A stretch of DNA of 64,000 nt from Kofleriaceae bacterium (GCA_037720695.1 JBBJLY010000001.1:55878-119877), one strand, 5' to 3'. Shown: positions 27,787-42,566, counted from the first letter of the stretch. The notes: generated from the sequence alone by a model not told the origin. Numbers and translations: made by a program.

Positions 27787-28743
27787 ATGCTCCGGTTTGC
27801 CCTGTGCGGCGTGCTCGTCGCGTGCAGCTCACCGAGCAAGCCCGCACCCGTTCCCGCGCGCGCAAGCAACGCGGAGATCACGCCGACGCGCAAGGCGCAG
27901 TTGATGGCGGCGCATCGCGAGCTCGAGGACGAGCAGCAGACCGCACTCGCGGCGACCTGCACGTCGTCGCGCAAGCAGCCGCGTTGCGAGCCGTCCTGCT
28001 ACGAGGCCGAGCCACCGGATCCGCGCGCGGGCAAGCAGCACGTGCGGGCCGAGATCAGTCACCTCGTCTGCAGGCCGGCTGGTAGAGAGACCGGGCAGCT
28101 GGTGTTCGCCGACGAGATCGGCGGCACGCAGGTGATGATCCGCGCGGCCCGCGGCGCGCAGCCCAAAGCACACAAGGCCGGGTGGGAGGCCGGGGTCGCG
28201 CGCGCCGTGCGCGTGGCGCTGCAACCCGAGGTCGCGCGCGGCGACGTGATCCGGGTGACCGGCGCGTGGACCGAGCGCACGCATCCGGTGACGCAGGAAG
28301 CGCTCCGCTGCGTCACGGTCTCGCATCACGTGGCGGTGATGCGCGCTGCGCTCGATCCGTGCGGCGGCCGCGGTGCGATCGCGTGTGAGGCCACCGGCAA
28401 CGCCGCCGTGCACGGGATCAACGTCGTGCACTACCGGCTGGGCGAGGCGCGACGACTGCACGCGGCAGGCGACGATCCGGGTTGTCAGCGCGCCTCGCTC
28501 GAGGCAATCGCGGTCGCACGCGGGCTTCCGCGCTGGCGCCAATACGTGACGCTGAACGTCAACAAGTGGCGGGCCTCGCCGCGCTACCGCACGCGGTTCG
28601 ACGGCATCCTCGACGAGGAGACCCTGTTCACGACCGCGATGTCACTCGGTCGCGAAGCCGAGGTCGTTCACACCAGCTGCGGCGGCGCCGCCCATCCGCC
28701 CCCGGACGCGACCCGGGAGCAATCGTTTCACACCTGCCGGTGA
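27787..28743 (+). CDS. Cys-rich lipoprotein, hypothetical
   Basis: ATG 27787 gives 'MLRFALCGVLVACSS' (aa 84 of track ORF 27538..28743). No family recognised. Confidence 0.5.
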   Translation: MLRFALCGVLVACSSPSKPAPVPARASNAEITPTRKAQLMAAHRELEDEQQTALAATCTSSRKQPRCEPSCYEAEPPDPRAGKQHVRAEISHLVCRPAGRETGQLVFADEIGGTQVMIRAARGAQPKAHKAGWEAGVARAVRVALQPEVARGDVIRVTGAWTERTHPVTQEALRCVTVSHHVAVMRAALDPCGGRGAIACEATGNAAVHGINVVHYRLGEARRLHAAGDDPGCQRASLEAIAVARGLPRWRQYVTLNVNKWRASPRYRTRFDGILDEETLFTTAMSLGREAEVVHTSCGGAAHPPPDATREQSFHTCR

Positions 28744-28745
28744 GG

Positions 28746-29960
28746 TCAGTCTTGCCAGTAGAACAGGAGCGTTTCGATGTCGAGCGGCTCGCGCTTCCCG
28801 AAGTAGTACACGCACAGCCCGGTGACGAGAATCGCGCCGAGCTCCGGATCGATCCAGCGAAAGCCCGCGTCCTCGAGGGCCTGTCGTAGCTTCCGAGGCG
28901 CGTAGCCTCCCCCACTCCGCACGAACCGGCCGAGCGTGCTGACCTCGATCGTCCCGGCAGCCGTCTCGATCACGTGATAGGTGCCGCCGCCCTGGTTGTT
29001 GACCAGGCCGATCTCGCGCGCGGGTCCGGGAGCGAGCCCCGCCGCGTCGAGCGCTGCCGTGACGCGCGCGAGCTGCGCCTGCTCGTCGGGGGGTGCGGGT
29101 AGATCGACCGCGGCGGCCTCGACCAGCCAGCGTGGATCGGTCCGTCCGGTGCCCGGATAGTCGCGCACGATCGCGAGACGAAGCTCGTCATCGAGCCCGG
29201 CGATCTCGAGGCGCGGGCAGTCGAGCGCGTGCCACAGCTCGCGAATGTCCCGACCACGGCGGTGCAGCGCGAGCATGGCCCACAGCCGCGCGGTCATCGT
29301 CGGCCCCGTCACCACGTAGTCGAGCAACATCTCGGTGTCCGGGATCCCGGTCGCGACGACGAGCTCGCAGGCCGTGCGCGCGACATCGACGTCGACATCG
29401 GCGAACGCGCGCGTGACGTCAGCCCCACCGCGCGCTTCGACCCGGACCTGAAACACCCGGTCTTCGGCACGCGCGTCCCCGACCTGCAACTGGATCGCCG
29501 CGGCGCCGTGCCGGGCCACGAGTGACTCGAGCGCGGCCTCGCCGATCCGACGGCGATGCGTCCACGGGCTGTTCGCGAGCGTCGCGATCGCTGGCGCGGC
29601 CGTGACGTCGCCGAGCATGGCGCGCACGTGCAAGCACGCCTCGTACACGCCGAAGTCATCGGCCACCTGTTCGCGCAGCCAAGGCAGCAGCTCCACGCGA
29701 TCGTGGAGCACTTCGAGTAGCGCGATGCGCACCGCGCTCTCGTCGTCGAGATCCCGCACCCGATCGAGCAGGCTGGGAACCCGCGCCTCGGGCACGCGAC
29801 CCCGCAGCGCGTGGACACATGGCACGCGGCGCCACCACGGATGCTTGCGGTGGGCGGCATAGCGCGCCAGCAGCTCGGGTGCGACTGCGCGTAACCCGGC
29901 CTCGTCCGCCTTGCCCGCCTTCGGGATCAGGGACTTGATCCGCCATCGCGCGGTCAACAC
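28746..29960 (-). CDS. hypothetical protein (404 aa)
   Basis: GC3-rich coding signal begins at GTG 29960 ('VLTARWRIKSL'). The upstream part of track ORF 28746..30641 has poor codon usage. No motif recognised. Confidence 0.5.
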   Translation of the reverse strand: MLTARWRIKSLIPKAGKADEAGLRAVAPELLARYAAHRKHPWWRRVPCVHALRGRVPEARVPSLLDRVRDLDDESAVRIALLEVLHDRVELLPWLREQVADDFGVYEACLHVRAMLGDVTAAPAIATLANSPWTHRRRIGEAALESLVARHGAAAIQLQVGDARAEDRVFQVRVEARGGADVTRAFADVDVDVARTACELVVATGIPDTEMLLDYVVTGPTMTARLWAMLALHRRGRDIRELWHALDCPRLEIAGLDDELRLAIVRDYPGTGRTDPRWLVEAAAVDLPAPPDEQAQLARVTAALDAAGLAPGPAREIGLVNNQGGGTYHVIETAAGTIEVSTLGRFVRSGGGYAPRKLRQALEDAGFRWIDPELGAILVTGLCVYYFGKREPLDIETLLFYWQD

Positions 29961-30022
29961 TTGTAGGCGTTGACCGTGCAGACGTTCTGCATGCAGAGCA
30001 GCACGAGGAGAGCGCGACGCAT
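29954..30022 (-). CDS. 22-aa small ORF MRRALLVLLCMQNVCTVNAYKC (possible mini-lipoprotein or leader peptide)
   Basis: 18 of 21 sense codons end in G or C, whereas the other frames here are GC3-poor. 'VLLC' is lipobox-like. Its stop overlaps the GTG of the downstream gene (GTGTTGA). Confidence 0.3.
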   Translation of the reverse strand: MRRALLVLLCMQNVCTVNAYKC

Positions 30023-30086
30023 GACCGCTCGATACTGACACGAGCCGCCACCACATCCGGGCACGTCGAGTTGGTAGGTTCCGGCC

Positions 30087-30917
30087 ATGCAATCCAAGCT
30101 GCATCCGGATCCGAGCTCCAAGGACGCCGCCGTGGTCCGGCTCGCGCTTGCGAACCTGCCGTTCCCGGCCACGCCCGAAGACTCGATCGCCCGGACGACC
30201 GCCGCGATCGCGCAAGCGGGTGCCGCGCGCGCGCAGCTGGTGTGCTTCCCCGAGTGCTACGTGCCGGGATACCGCGGGCTCGGTCATGCACCGCCCCCGC
30301 CCGACATCGCGTTCCTCGAGCGAGCATGGCGCGCGATCGCCGACGCCGCGCGCATCGCCAGCGTCGCCGTGGTGCTCGGCACCGAGCGCATCGTCGACGG
30401 CAAGCTGCGCGCGACCGCGCTCGTGATCGACGCTGGCGGCGAGGTCCTGGGCTTCCAGGACAAGGTCCAGCTCGATCCCAGCGAGGACGGGACCTACGCC
30501 GCGGGCGACGCGCGCCACGTGTTCCGCGTCGGCGAGCTCGTGTTCGGCGTCGTGATCTGTCACGAGGGTTGGCGCTATCCCGAGACCGTGCGCTGGGCCG
30601 CGCGACGCGGAGCGCAGGTCGTGTTTCATCAGCAGTTTCACGAGGCGGAACCCGGATCATTTCGTCCGACGACCTACGCCGATCCCGCCAACTCGTTTCA
30701 CGAGAAGGCGGTGCTGTGTCGTGCCGCCGAGAACACGTGCTACTTCGCGACCGTCAACTTCGCGAGCGCGGGCTCGCCCACGACCTCCGCGATCGCGAAT
30801 CCCGACGGGACACTGCTCGCGTTCCAGCCGTACGGCGAGGCTGGACTGCTGCTCGCCGAGCTCGATCTCTCAGCGGCAACCGGGCTCCTCGCGGCGCGCT
30901 GCCGGACTGACGTCTAA
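30087..30917 (+). CDS. carbon-nitrogen hydrolase (nitrilase superfamily)
   Basis: 'LVCFPECYVPGY' (Glu), 'FQDKVQL' (Lys) and 'GVVICHEGWRYPE' (Cys) form the catalytic triad context. 276 aa. Confidence 0.85.
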   Translation: MQSKLHPDPSSKDAAVVRLALANLPFPATPEDSIARTTAAIAQAGAARAQLVCFPECYVPGYRGLGHAPPPPDIAFLERAWRAIADAARIASVAVVLGTERIVDGKLRATALVIDAGGEVLGFQDKVQLDPSEDGTYAAGDARHVFRVGELVFGVVICHEGWRYPETVRWAARRGAQVVFHQQFHEAEPGSFRPTTYADPANSFHEKAVLCRAAENTCYFATVNFASAGSPTTSAIANPDGTLLAFQPYGEAGLLLAELDLSAATGLLAARCRTDV

Positions 30918-31822
30918 CCCTTGAACGTCGACGGCCCGACGTCGCCGAACGGCTCGTCGCGGTCGCGCACGGCCTGCTTGAACCCAGCTTCGGCGGCGCG
31001 CTGCTGGAACGCGTAGCCCTCGCGCGTGTGTCGCGACACGCCGTCGAACATCGTGCCCAGGATCTGCGTGGTGTGGAGCTGAGCTGCGAGTGCCTGGTTG
31101 GTGAGCAGCTTCATCATCGTCAGCTGGTTGATCGGCATCTGCGCGATGCGCGCGAGCAAGACCTCGAACCGCTCGTCGAGCTTGTCCGCGGGTGGCGCCT
31201 CGACCCCGAGTCCCCACGCGACGGCTTCCTTGCCCGACAGACAGTCTCCGGTGAACAGCAGCCGCTTCGCACGCTCGACACCAAGCCGCGCCATCCACAA
31301 CGCGGTGGTCGGGACACCCCACACGCGTGCCGGCGGATAGCCGATCTTCGCGGTGTCCTCGATCACGAGCAGATCGGAGCACAGCGCCATGTCGGTCCCA
31401 CCGGCGACGCAGAACCCCTGGACCTTGCACACGACCGGCTTGTCGCTCCAGAACAGGCTCATGAAGCCGCGCACGTTGCGGCTCATCATTGCGTAGTCGA
31501 CCATCGGGTCCCACACGCCGCCGGGATCGTGATTCTGCAGCTGGACTCGCGGATCGAGTGGCGAGCCCGCGAGCTGCGCCGCATGGATGCCGACGTCGAG
31601 CTGCTCGGCCGAGGCGACGAGATCGTAGCCACCGCAAAATCCCTTGCCCGTGCCCGACAGCGCGATGACGTGGATCTCCGGGTCGAGGTTCGCGCGTTCG
31701 ACGCACGCGGTGATCTCGCGTGGCATCTCGAGCGTGATGCCGTTGCCGCGCTCGGGACGATTCAAGGTGATGCGCGCGATCTTGCCGGTCTTGTCGTAGG
31801 TCAGCGTCGTCAGGGTCTCCAT
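30914..31822 (-). CDS. enoyl-CoA hydratase/isomerase (crotonase) family protein
   Basis: The last 302 aa of track ORF 30914..32968 begin 'METLTTLTYDKTGKIARITLNRPERGNG'. 'GKGFCGGYDL' and 'VQGFCVAGGTDMALCSD' are present. Confidence 0.85.
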   Translation of the reverse strand: METLTTLTYDKTGKIARITLNRPERGNGITLEMPREITACVERANLDPEIHVIALSGTGKGFCGGYDLVASAEQLDVGIHAAQLAGSPLDPRVQLQNHDPGGVWDPMVDYAMMSRNVRGFMSLFWSDKPVVCKVQGFCVAGGTDMALCSDLLVIEDTAKIGYPPARVWGVPTTALWMARLGVERAKRLLFTGDCLSGKEAVAWGLGVEAPPADKLDERFEVLLARIAQMPINQLTMMKLLTNQALAAQLHTTQILGTMFDGVSRHTREGYAFQQRAAEAGFKQAVRDRDEPFGDVGPSTFKG

Positions 31823-31827
31823 CGCGC

Positions 31828-35634
<3,807 letters not shown>

Positions 35635-35693
35635 CTGTCCAACGTATCGTCAAACGCGAGCGCACCGCAAAGGCCGGAACCTGATTGCCGCGC

Positions 35694-35713
35694 CTGTCTC
35701 AAACATGAGACAG
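35694..35713. promoter_or_regulatory. inverted repeat CTGTCTC-AAACAT-GAGACAG in the divergent cfa / kinase promoter region
   Basis: Perfect 7-nt arms, 8 nt upstream of the cfa ATG. It could be an operator or a 5' hairpin. Function unknown. Confidence 0.3.
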
Positions 35714-35721
35714 ACCGCTAG

Positions 35722-36918
35722 ATGCCCGGTGCTGAAGCCCGTCTGACGTTTCGCGCCCTGGTCGACGCCGTGCTGCCCGGCGGGTGGGTGCCGAATCGAG
35801 CACGCGACGCGGAGGCCGTCGTGCGCGAGCTGTTCGAGCTGGCAGACATCCAGATCGGTGGCACCCGTCCCGGCGACCTCCGCGTCCACGACGGCCGGTT
35901 CTACGAGCGCCTGCTGCGCGATGCGTCGGTCGGGCTCGGCGAGTCGTACATGGAGGACTGGTGGGAGACCGGCGCGCTCGACGTGATGATCGAGAACATC
36001 GTCCGTGCCGATCTCAAGCAGAAGGTGCAAGGCAGCTGGCGGCTCAAGGCGCTGACCGTGAAGGCCGCACTGCTGAACCTCCAGAACAGGGACCGCGCGA
36101 GCGCCGCGATCGCCGCGCACTACGACATCGGCAACGATCTCTACACGCGGATGCTCGACGACCGGATGAACTACTCGTGTGGCTACTGGAGGACCGGCGC
36201 CACCACGCTCGCGGCCGCGCAGGAGGCGAAGCTCGAGCTCATCTGTCGCAAGCTCGGCCTCGCCGCCGGCATGCGCGTGCTCGACATCGGCTGCGGCTGG
36301 GGCGGCTTCGCGGGTTGGGCGGCCGAGCGCTACGGCTGCTCGGTCGTCGGCATCACGCTGTCGCGCCAGCAGCTCGCGCTCGGTCGCGACAAGACGCAAC
36401 ACCTGCCGGTCGAGCTCCGGCTGTGCGACTACCGCGACCTCGCGGGCACGTTCGACCGCATCGTCTCGATCGGGATGATGGAGCACGTCGGCCCCAAGAA
36501 TCATCGCGACCTGATGCGGGTCATCGATCGCTCGCTCGCGTCCGATGGCATCGCGCTGGTCCACACGATCGGCAACAACCGCAGCCGCACGCACGGCACG
36601 CCGTTCATCGAGAAGTACGTGTTCCCGCATGCCGTCGCACCGTCGCTCGCGCAGCTCGGCCACTCGATCGAGGGCCTGTTCGTGCCCGAGGACGTGCACA
36701 ACCTCGCGGCCGACTACGTCCCCACGCTGCTCGCATGGTGGGCGAACTTCGATCGCACGTACGCGGAGATCGCGCACCGCTACGACCGGCGGTTCTACCA
36801 GATGTGGAAGTTCTACCTGCTCGGCGCCGCCGGGACGTCACGCGCACGCGACGCGCAGCTGTATCAGCTCGTGCTGTCGAAGCCGGGCCGCGCGCAGCCC
36901 GACTGTCGGTTCAGCTGA
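35722..36918 (+). CDS. cfa: cyclopropane-fatty-acyl-phospholipid synthase
   Basis: 'HYDIGNDLY', 'YSCGYW', SAM motif 'VLDIGCGWGG', 'SIGMMEHVG' and 'FYQMWKFYL'. 398 aa. Confidence 0.9.
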   Translation: MPGAEARLTFRALVDAVLPGGWVPNRARDAEAVVRELFELADIQIGGTRPGDLRVHDGRFYERLLRDASVGLGESYMEDWWETGALDVMIENIVRADLKQKVQGSWRLKALTVKAALLNLQNRDRASAAIAAHYDIGNDLYTRMLDDRMNYSCGYWRTGATTLAAAQEAKLELICRKLGLAAGMRVLDIGCGWGGFAGWAAERYGCSVVGITLSRQQLALGRDKTQHLPVELRLCDYRDLAGTFDRIVSIGMMEHVGPKNHRDLMRVIDRSLASDGIALVHTIGNNRSRTHGTPFIEKYVFPHAVAPSLAQLGHSIEGLFVPEDVHNLAADYVPTLLAWWANFDRTYAEIAHRYDRRFYQMWKFYLLGAAGTSRARDAQLYQLVLSKPGRAQPDCRFS

Positions 36919-36921
36919 TCG

Positions 36922-37530
36922 TCACGGGCGCGGCGTCGGGACGGCCTCGCCGGGCCCCGGCGACGTCGCGGCCGAGCCCGGATCGATCGGTGTCGGCGCA
37001 GCCGTCGGTGCCGGGGCTGGGGTGGGCGCCGTCGAGCTCGGGCCCGCTGGTGCAGTCGCGGCGTAGCTCTTCAGGTGCTCGTAGATCGCGAGCTCGAGCC
37101 CCTCGACCTTGCCGCCGACCCAGCCCGGGATGCTCGGATCGTTACGATCGAGGGTCTCCGGCTTCGAGCTGATGCCCGGCTTGCGCAGGATGATCGGCGT
37201 GACCGTGACACGGTGCTGCCCCGCGTCGACCTGCGGGAACGTGACGACGAGCGACAGGTTGATGCTGTTCTCCTGCAGCCGGGCGATGTTGCCGCCCTCG
37301 GCATGATCCGCGAGCCCCTCGGGCGTGTACCAGCGCGGCTCGGTCTGATACGAGAGCGCGCCGGGGTCGGTACGGACGATCCTGTAGTCCTTCTCGATCA
37401 CCGGCTTGACCTCCGCGAACAGCGTCGCGGGCGGGGCGGTGTACTGGGTCTCACGTGCATTCTTGACCTGGGCCGAGCTGGCGCCACAGGCCACGAGCAC
37501 GGCGAGGAGGAGGTACCAGAGCTTGTGCAT
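36922..37530 (-). CDS. lipoprotein with a Pro/Ala/Thr-rich C-terminus, hypothetical
   Basis: The last 202 aa of track ORF 36922..38586 begin 'MHKLWYLLLAVLVAC'. Confidence 0.55.
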   Translation of the reverse strand: MHKLWYLLLAVLVACGASSAQVKNARETQYTAPPATLFAEVKPVIEKDYRIVRTDPGALSYQTEPRWYTPEGLADHAEGGNIARLQENSINLSLVVTFPQVDAGQHRVTVTPIILRKPGISSKPETLDRNDPSIPGWVGGKVEGLELAIYEHLKSYAATAPAGPSSTAPTPAPAPTAAPTPIDPGSAATSPGPGEAVPTPRP

Positions 37531-37621
37531 GGCGGAGTCGTAGCATCCCTCGCAGCCGGTAGGGTCGTGGCCTCGTTTGCCCGTGACATTGTCCGGAGTC
37601 TCGGACATTCGGCGTACCGTC

Positions 37622-38673
37622 ATGCCGATGCCGGCAGTCCACCACGTGTTCCTAGTCCCCGGCTTCTTCGGGTTCGTCAACTTCGGGCGCCTCGTGTACT
37701 TCACGCACGTCCGCGAGTTCCTCGAGGATGCCTTCGCCCGCGAGGGGCTCAGCGTCGAGATCCATCGCGTGCGCGTCAAGCCGACCTCGTCGTTGCGCGT
37801 GCGCGCCGCGGAGCTGCTTGCCACGGTGCGCGAGGGTGCACCGGCCGATGCGCCAATCCACCTGTCGGCCACTCGACCGGCGGTCTCGATGCGCGGCTGA
37901 TCGCGACACCCGGCCTCTCGCTCGAGGGGATCGAGGTCGAGCCCGAGGCGCGCCGCATCCGCTCGGTGGTGACCGTCGCCACCCCGCACCGCGGGACCCC
38001 GCTCGCCGAGTTCTTCTCGAGCTTGCTCGGGCAGCAGGTGCTGCGCCTGCTGTCGCTCGTCACCGTCACCGTGCTGCGGCGCGGGCGGCTCCCACTCGGC
38101 GTGATGGCCAAGGTGGCCGCCGCACTCGCGCGGGTCGCGATCCGCCGTCCGAACGCGCCGCTCACGCTGCTCGAGGCGGTCGAGGGCGAGCTCCACAGCC
38201 AGATCGGCGAGCCCGAGCTGATCGACGCATTCCTCCAGGACGTCACGGGGGATCAGGATCTGATGCCGCAGCTGACGCCGGCCGCGATGGATCTGTTCGA
38301 TGCCGCGACCGGCGATCGCCCCGGCGTCGCCTACGCGTCGGTCACCGCCGAGGCGCCGCCGCCGCGACTGCGCACGCGCCTCGCATACGGCCCGCGGCCC
38401 TGGGAGCAGGCGACCTACGCGCTCTACAGCTGGCTCCATCGCCAGGTCGGCCCGGGCGACGGCATGGTCCCGATCGCGTCCCAGCGTCGGGGCACCCTGC
38501 TGTACGAGGCCACGGCGGATCACCTCGACGTGATCGGCCACTTCGACGATCCGGACCACCAGCCACCCCACACGGACTGGATCCACACCGGTTCGAAGTT
38601 CGATCGCAAACAGTTCGAGGCGCTGTGGACCAGCGTCACAAAGTTTGTCGCGACCGCCGCACGACAGCGGTGA
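37622..38673 (+). pseudogene. lipase-like alpha/beta hydrolase (GHSxG), one frameshift
   Basis: 'MPMPAVHHVFLVPGFFGF...APIHL' (frame of ORF 37577) continues at about 37864 as 'VGHSTGGLDARL...VATPHRGTPLA...DGMVP...HLDVIGH' (frame of ORF 37075..38673). 'ctgtc' versus the expected 'ctggtc' fits a 1-nt deletion. Confidence 0.65.
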
Positions 38674-38675
38674 GG

Positions 38676-40114
38676 CTAGCCGCGCGCACGCAACAGCGAC
38701 TTCTGTACCTTGCCCATCGCGTTGCGTGGCAGCTCGTCAACAAACCGGATCTCGCGTGGCCGCTTGTGCGGCGACAGCAAGCCCGCGACGTGATCCTGCA
38801 AGGCCGCGGACTCGACCGGCGCGCGCGTGACGACGAACGCCACGATGTTCTCACCGAGGTCCGCATCGGGGACGCCGATCACGGCCGCGGCCGCGACGTC
38901 GGGATGCTCGAGCAACGCGGCCTCGATCTCACCCGCGCCGACCTTGTACCCGCCGCACTTGAGGATGTCGGTCGAGCGCCGGCCGACGATCCGGATCTGC
39001 CCCGCCTCGCGCACCGCGAGATCTCCGGTGTAGAACCAGCCATCCGCGTCGAGCACCTCGCGTGTCGCTTCGTCGCGATTCAGGTAGCCGGCGAACACGC
39101 GGGCCACGCACGGCGATCTCGCCCATCGTGGTCGGGTCGCCGTCGATCGGCACGCGCGTCGTCGACCAGGCGGAGCTCGACACCATCGAGTGGCGTCCCG
39201 ACATGACCGGGACGGCGATCGCCATCGTGTCGGGTCGAGCAGTTGATCAGCGTCTCGGTCAGCCCGTAGCGCTCGATCGCGCGCTGGCCGGTCAGCTGCT
39301 CGAGCCAGCGATGCTCGCGCACCGAGAGCGGCGCGGAGCCGCTGACGAGCAGCCTCGCGCTGCGCAGTGCGCCCGCGATCGCGGGGGACCGCTCCGCCGC
39401 CTCGCACAGCCGGTGGATCATCGTCGGCACCGCGAACACCACCGCAGGCGTGTGCTCGCCGACGGCGCGGGCCAGCTCCTCGGGCGAGAACCGCGGCACC
39501 CAGCGCAGCGCGCCCCCGCGACGAAGGCTGCCAAACAGTCCCAGGACCAGGCCGTGGACGTGGAACATCGGCAACGCGTGGACGACCGTGTCGTCGCCGG
39601 TCCACGCCCAGGCGCGTGCGAGGGCGTCGAGGTTGCTCGCGACGTTGCGATCGGTGAGCAGCGCGCCCTTCGGCGCACCGGTCGTGCCCGAGGTGTAGAG
39701 CACGAGGGCGGGCACACCGCGCAGGGTCACGGCGTCCAGTGGCGCGGTCGCGTCGGTGCGCACGATCGCGGGCACCGTCTCGAACCTGCGGTCGACCGCG
39801 TCGAGCGCTGCGGCGACGCACAGCCGGGGCGCGGCATCGCCGAGCACGTGCGCGAGCTCGTGCGTCCCGAGCTTTGGATCGAGGGGCACGGACACGTATC
39901 CGCCAGCGGCCTGCGCGACGAGCGCGACCAGGGTCTCGAGCACCGGCTGGGTCCACACCCCGATCCGATCACCCGGCGCGCAGCCATGCGCCGCGAGCGC
40001 CGCGAGATGGTGGGCGCACGCGGCGGCGAGCTCGCGCTGCGTCAGCGTGCGGGCCTGGACCTGGAGCGCCAGTCGATCAGACGGCGCGGAGAGCGCTGGA
40101 AACAGCGGCTCCAT
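38676..40114 (-). pseudogene. AMP-dependent acyl-CoA synthetase/ligase, two frameshifts
   Basis: 'LYTSGTTGAPKGA', 'YGLTET', 'GEIAVRGP', 'GWFYTGD' and 'GGYKVGAGEIE' motifs. Three frames are used (ORFs 39080..40114, 38929..39225, 38676..39956), with junctions at about 39155 and 39095. Confidence 0.8.
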
Positions 40115-40118
40115 CTCC

Positions 40119-41347
40119 TCACCCGTAGCGAACCTGGACGGTCTCGATCAGCGCGCGCAGCGCACGCTTCACGCCGTCGGTGGTCGGCGCCTTGACGATC
40201 GCCCAGCCTTCACCTTCGTAGCCATCCGCGCGGCCCTGCCCCACTCGGGGGCGGTTCGACCAGCGGTCGCCGCCGCCTCGATCGCGTGCTCGATGCCGGA
40301 CACCGCGACGATCCGCGAGCCGCCGCCCTGGCCGCGAAAGAACGCCGAACCGGCGGCGTGCGTCCGCGGCTTCGGCGTGAACTCGTCGAGCGCCATCAGC
40401 CGCGCCCAGTCGGCGAACAGATCGGTCTCGTGTGCGATGCCCATCAGCGGCATGATCTGCACGCCGGGTGGCCGCACGCCGACCTCGTTGACGAGCGCGC
40501 TGCCATCCTCGCGCAGGAACCACTCCATGTGCGTCAGCGCGGTGCCGGCCGCGGTACCAGCCTGGTCGCCGAACAGCGCCGCGAGCGCTGCGGTGTTGAC
40601 CGGATGGAACGCGGTCCAGGTCGGGTCGTCGACCTCGCGCGGCAACAGCACGCTGTACTGGATCCACGGCGTCTCGAGCACCTCGAGCGGCGACGGGAAG
40701 TAGCGCGTGCCCGATCGCCAGACCGGGACGCCGCGGACGGTGACGGTCTCGCACGTGTGCTCGCGGGCGCGCACGAACTCCTCGACCTGCAGCGGCTGGT
40801 CGGGCGTCGGCGTCGGTACGGCTACGAGGTCGGCGGCCGACTCGACCCGCGACGTCCCGCGGCTGCCGAGCCCGGTCTGCGGCTTGACGATCACCGGATA
40901 GCCCACCTCGTCGATGAACGCGGCGATCTGATCACGGGACCGGGCGAGCGTGCTGCGTGCCACCGGGACGTTTGCCCCGCGCAGGACCTCCTTCATCCGA
41001 TCCTTGTCGCGAAAGTTTCGCGCGATCGCGGTGGTCAGGCCCTCGATGCCGAGCGCATCGCGCGCCGCGGCCATGGGCAGCTGGAGCTGCTCGAGCACGC
41101 CGACCAGGCGATCGACGGGGCCAATCGATCCCGTGATCGCGCGTAGCGCAACGATCAGCTGCTCCGCGGACAGGCAGTCGTCGACCCGGTAGTGCCCGGC
41201 GACGCGGGCGCGCAACCCGGGTGGGATCGCGTGCGAGTGATCGCTGCTGATCAGGCTCAACGTGATGCCATCGAGCCGCGCGAACGCGCGGACGTAGCGG
41301 TTGGTGGTCTCGAGGAAGCGGGGCGCGACGAAGACGACGTGGTTCAT
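40119..41347 (-). pseudogene. ATP-grasp ligase (paralogue B), one frameshift near the C-terminus
   Basis: 'FRDKDRMKE', 'GYPVIVKPQTGLGSRG' and 'MEWFLREDGSALVNEVGVRPPG'. The tail 'GYEGEGWAIVKAPTTDGVKRALRALIETVQVRYG*' lies in the frame of ORF 40119..40754 and parallels the tail of paralogue A. Junction at about 40255-40275. Confidence 0.7.
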
Positions 41348-41349
41348 GG

Positions 41350-42566
41350 TCAGGATGCGTGGAGCTGGATGGTGGTCGCGGCGTCGAAGGCCATCTGCTG
41401 CGCGGCCTCCCAGTCAGGGTGTCGGATCACGATGTAACCGTCGGACAGCAGGGTCGCCTTCCAGTCCCGCCGCGGCGTGCCTGGACGTAGCAGCGTATCC
41501 TCGACGATGAACGGGCGAAAGCGATTGTAGAACTCGGTGAGGCCGACCATCTGGGTGATCCGGCCCTTGCCCTGCGCCCGCGTGAACACGATGGCCACGT
41601 TGTACTTGCGCTCGGTCGAGCCTGCGAACTGCTTGTGGGCCACGGCGCGCGCCCACTCGCGGAACAGGTCGACGTCGTTGGTGTAGTTCATCAGATCGAC
41701 GATCCCTGCGCCGCCCGGGCGACACGCGACCTCGCCGAACACGACCTCGCCGGCCGGCGTGCGGAACCACTCCATGTGGGTCATGCCGTCACCCATGCCG
41801 AGTGCGCGCAGCACGCCACGCCCGAGCTCGACCCCGGCCTTGATGTGGGCTGGTCGAGGTCACGCACCGAGAGCATGATCGGTGAGACCCACTCGTTCGA
41901 CCGCATCTCGAGCGCGCTCGGGATGTACTTCGTCACGCTCTCGAGGGCGGGCACGCCGTCGAGCGCGACCGTGTCGTACGTGTACTCGTCGCCCGCGATG
42001 AACTCCTCGCAGATCGCCTCGGTGATGTGGCGCATGTGCGGCAACACGCGCTCCATGTCGGTCGCCGATTCCACCTTGTAGGTGTCCGCGCTGCCGGCCC
42101 CACTGATCGGCTTGATGATCGCCGGATAGCCGGTGGCCTCGATCGCCTCCCACACATCCTTGATCGAGCGCACGCGCTGGGCCCGTGGCACGCGGAGCCC
42201 CGCCGCGGCGACCCGCTCCTTCATCAGCTGCTTGTCGCGGAACCCGCGCACGGTGTCGACCGACATCCCGGGGATGCCGAACCGCTCGCGCAACCGCGCG
42301 GCGACCATCACCAGCGGCTCCCAGTTCGCGAGCACGTTGTCGATCGAGCGACCGCGCAGCCAGTGCTCGACCCGTGTCATCACGTCGTCCTCGTCAAGCA
42401 GCGACGGGACCTCGAGGTACGCCGACAGGTAGCGCTGGAGCTCCGGATCCGGGCTGCCATCGCCAACCCCGAGCACCTCGACACCGACCTCGGCCAGGCC
42501 GCGCGTGAACTGCCGCATCTCCGGCGGGTACCTCGGCGACAGGAACACGACTCGCATCTCGCGCAC
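41350..42566 (-). pseudogene. ATP-grasp ligase (paralogue A), one frameshift
   Basis: 'FRDKQLMKE', 'GYPAIIKPISGAGSAD' and 'MEWFRTPAGEVVFGEVACRPGG'. ORFs 41781..42566 and 41350..41814 join at about 41847 ('..DLDQP|HIKAGVELG..'), where 'ccc' versus the expected 'cccc' fits a 1-nt deletion. Confidence 0.7.
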
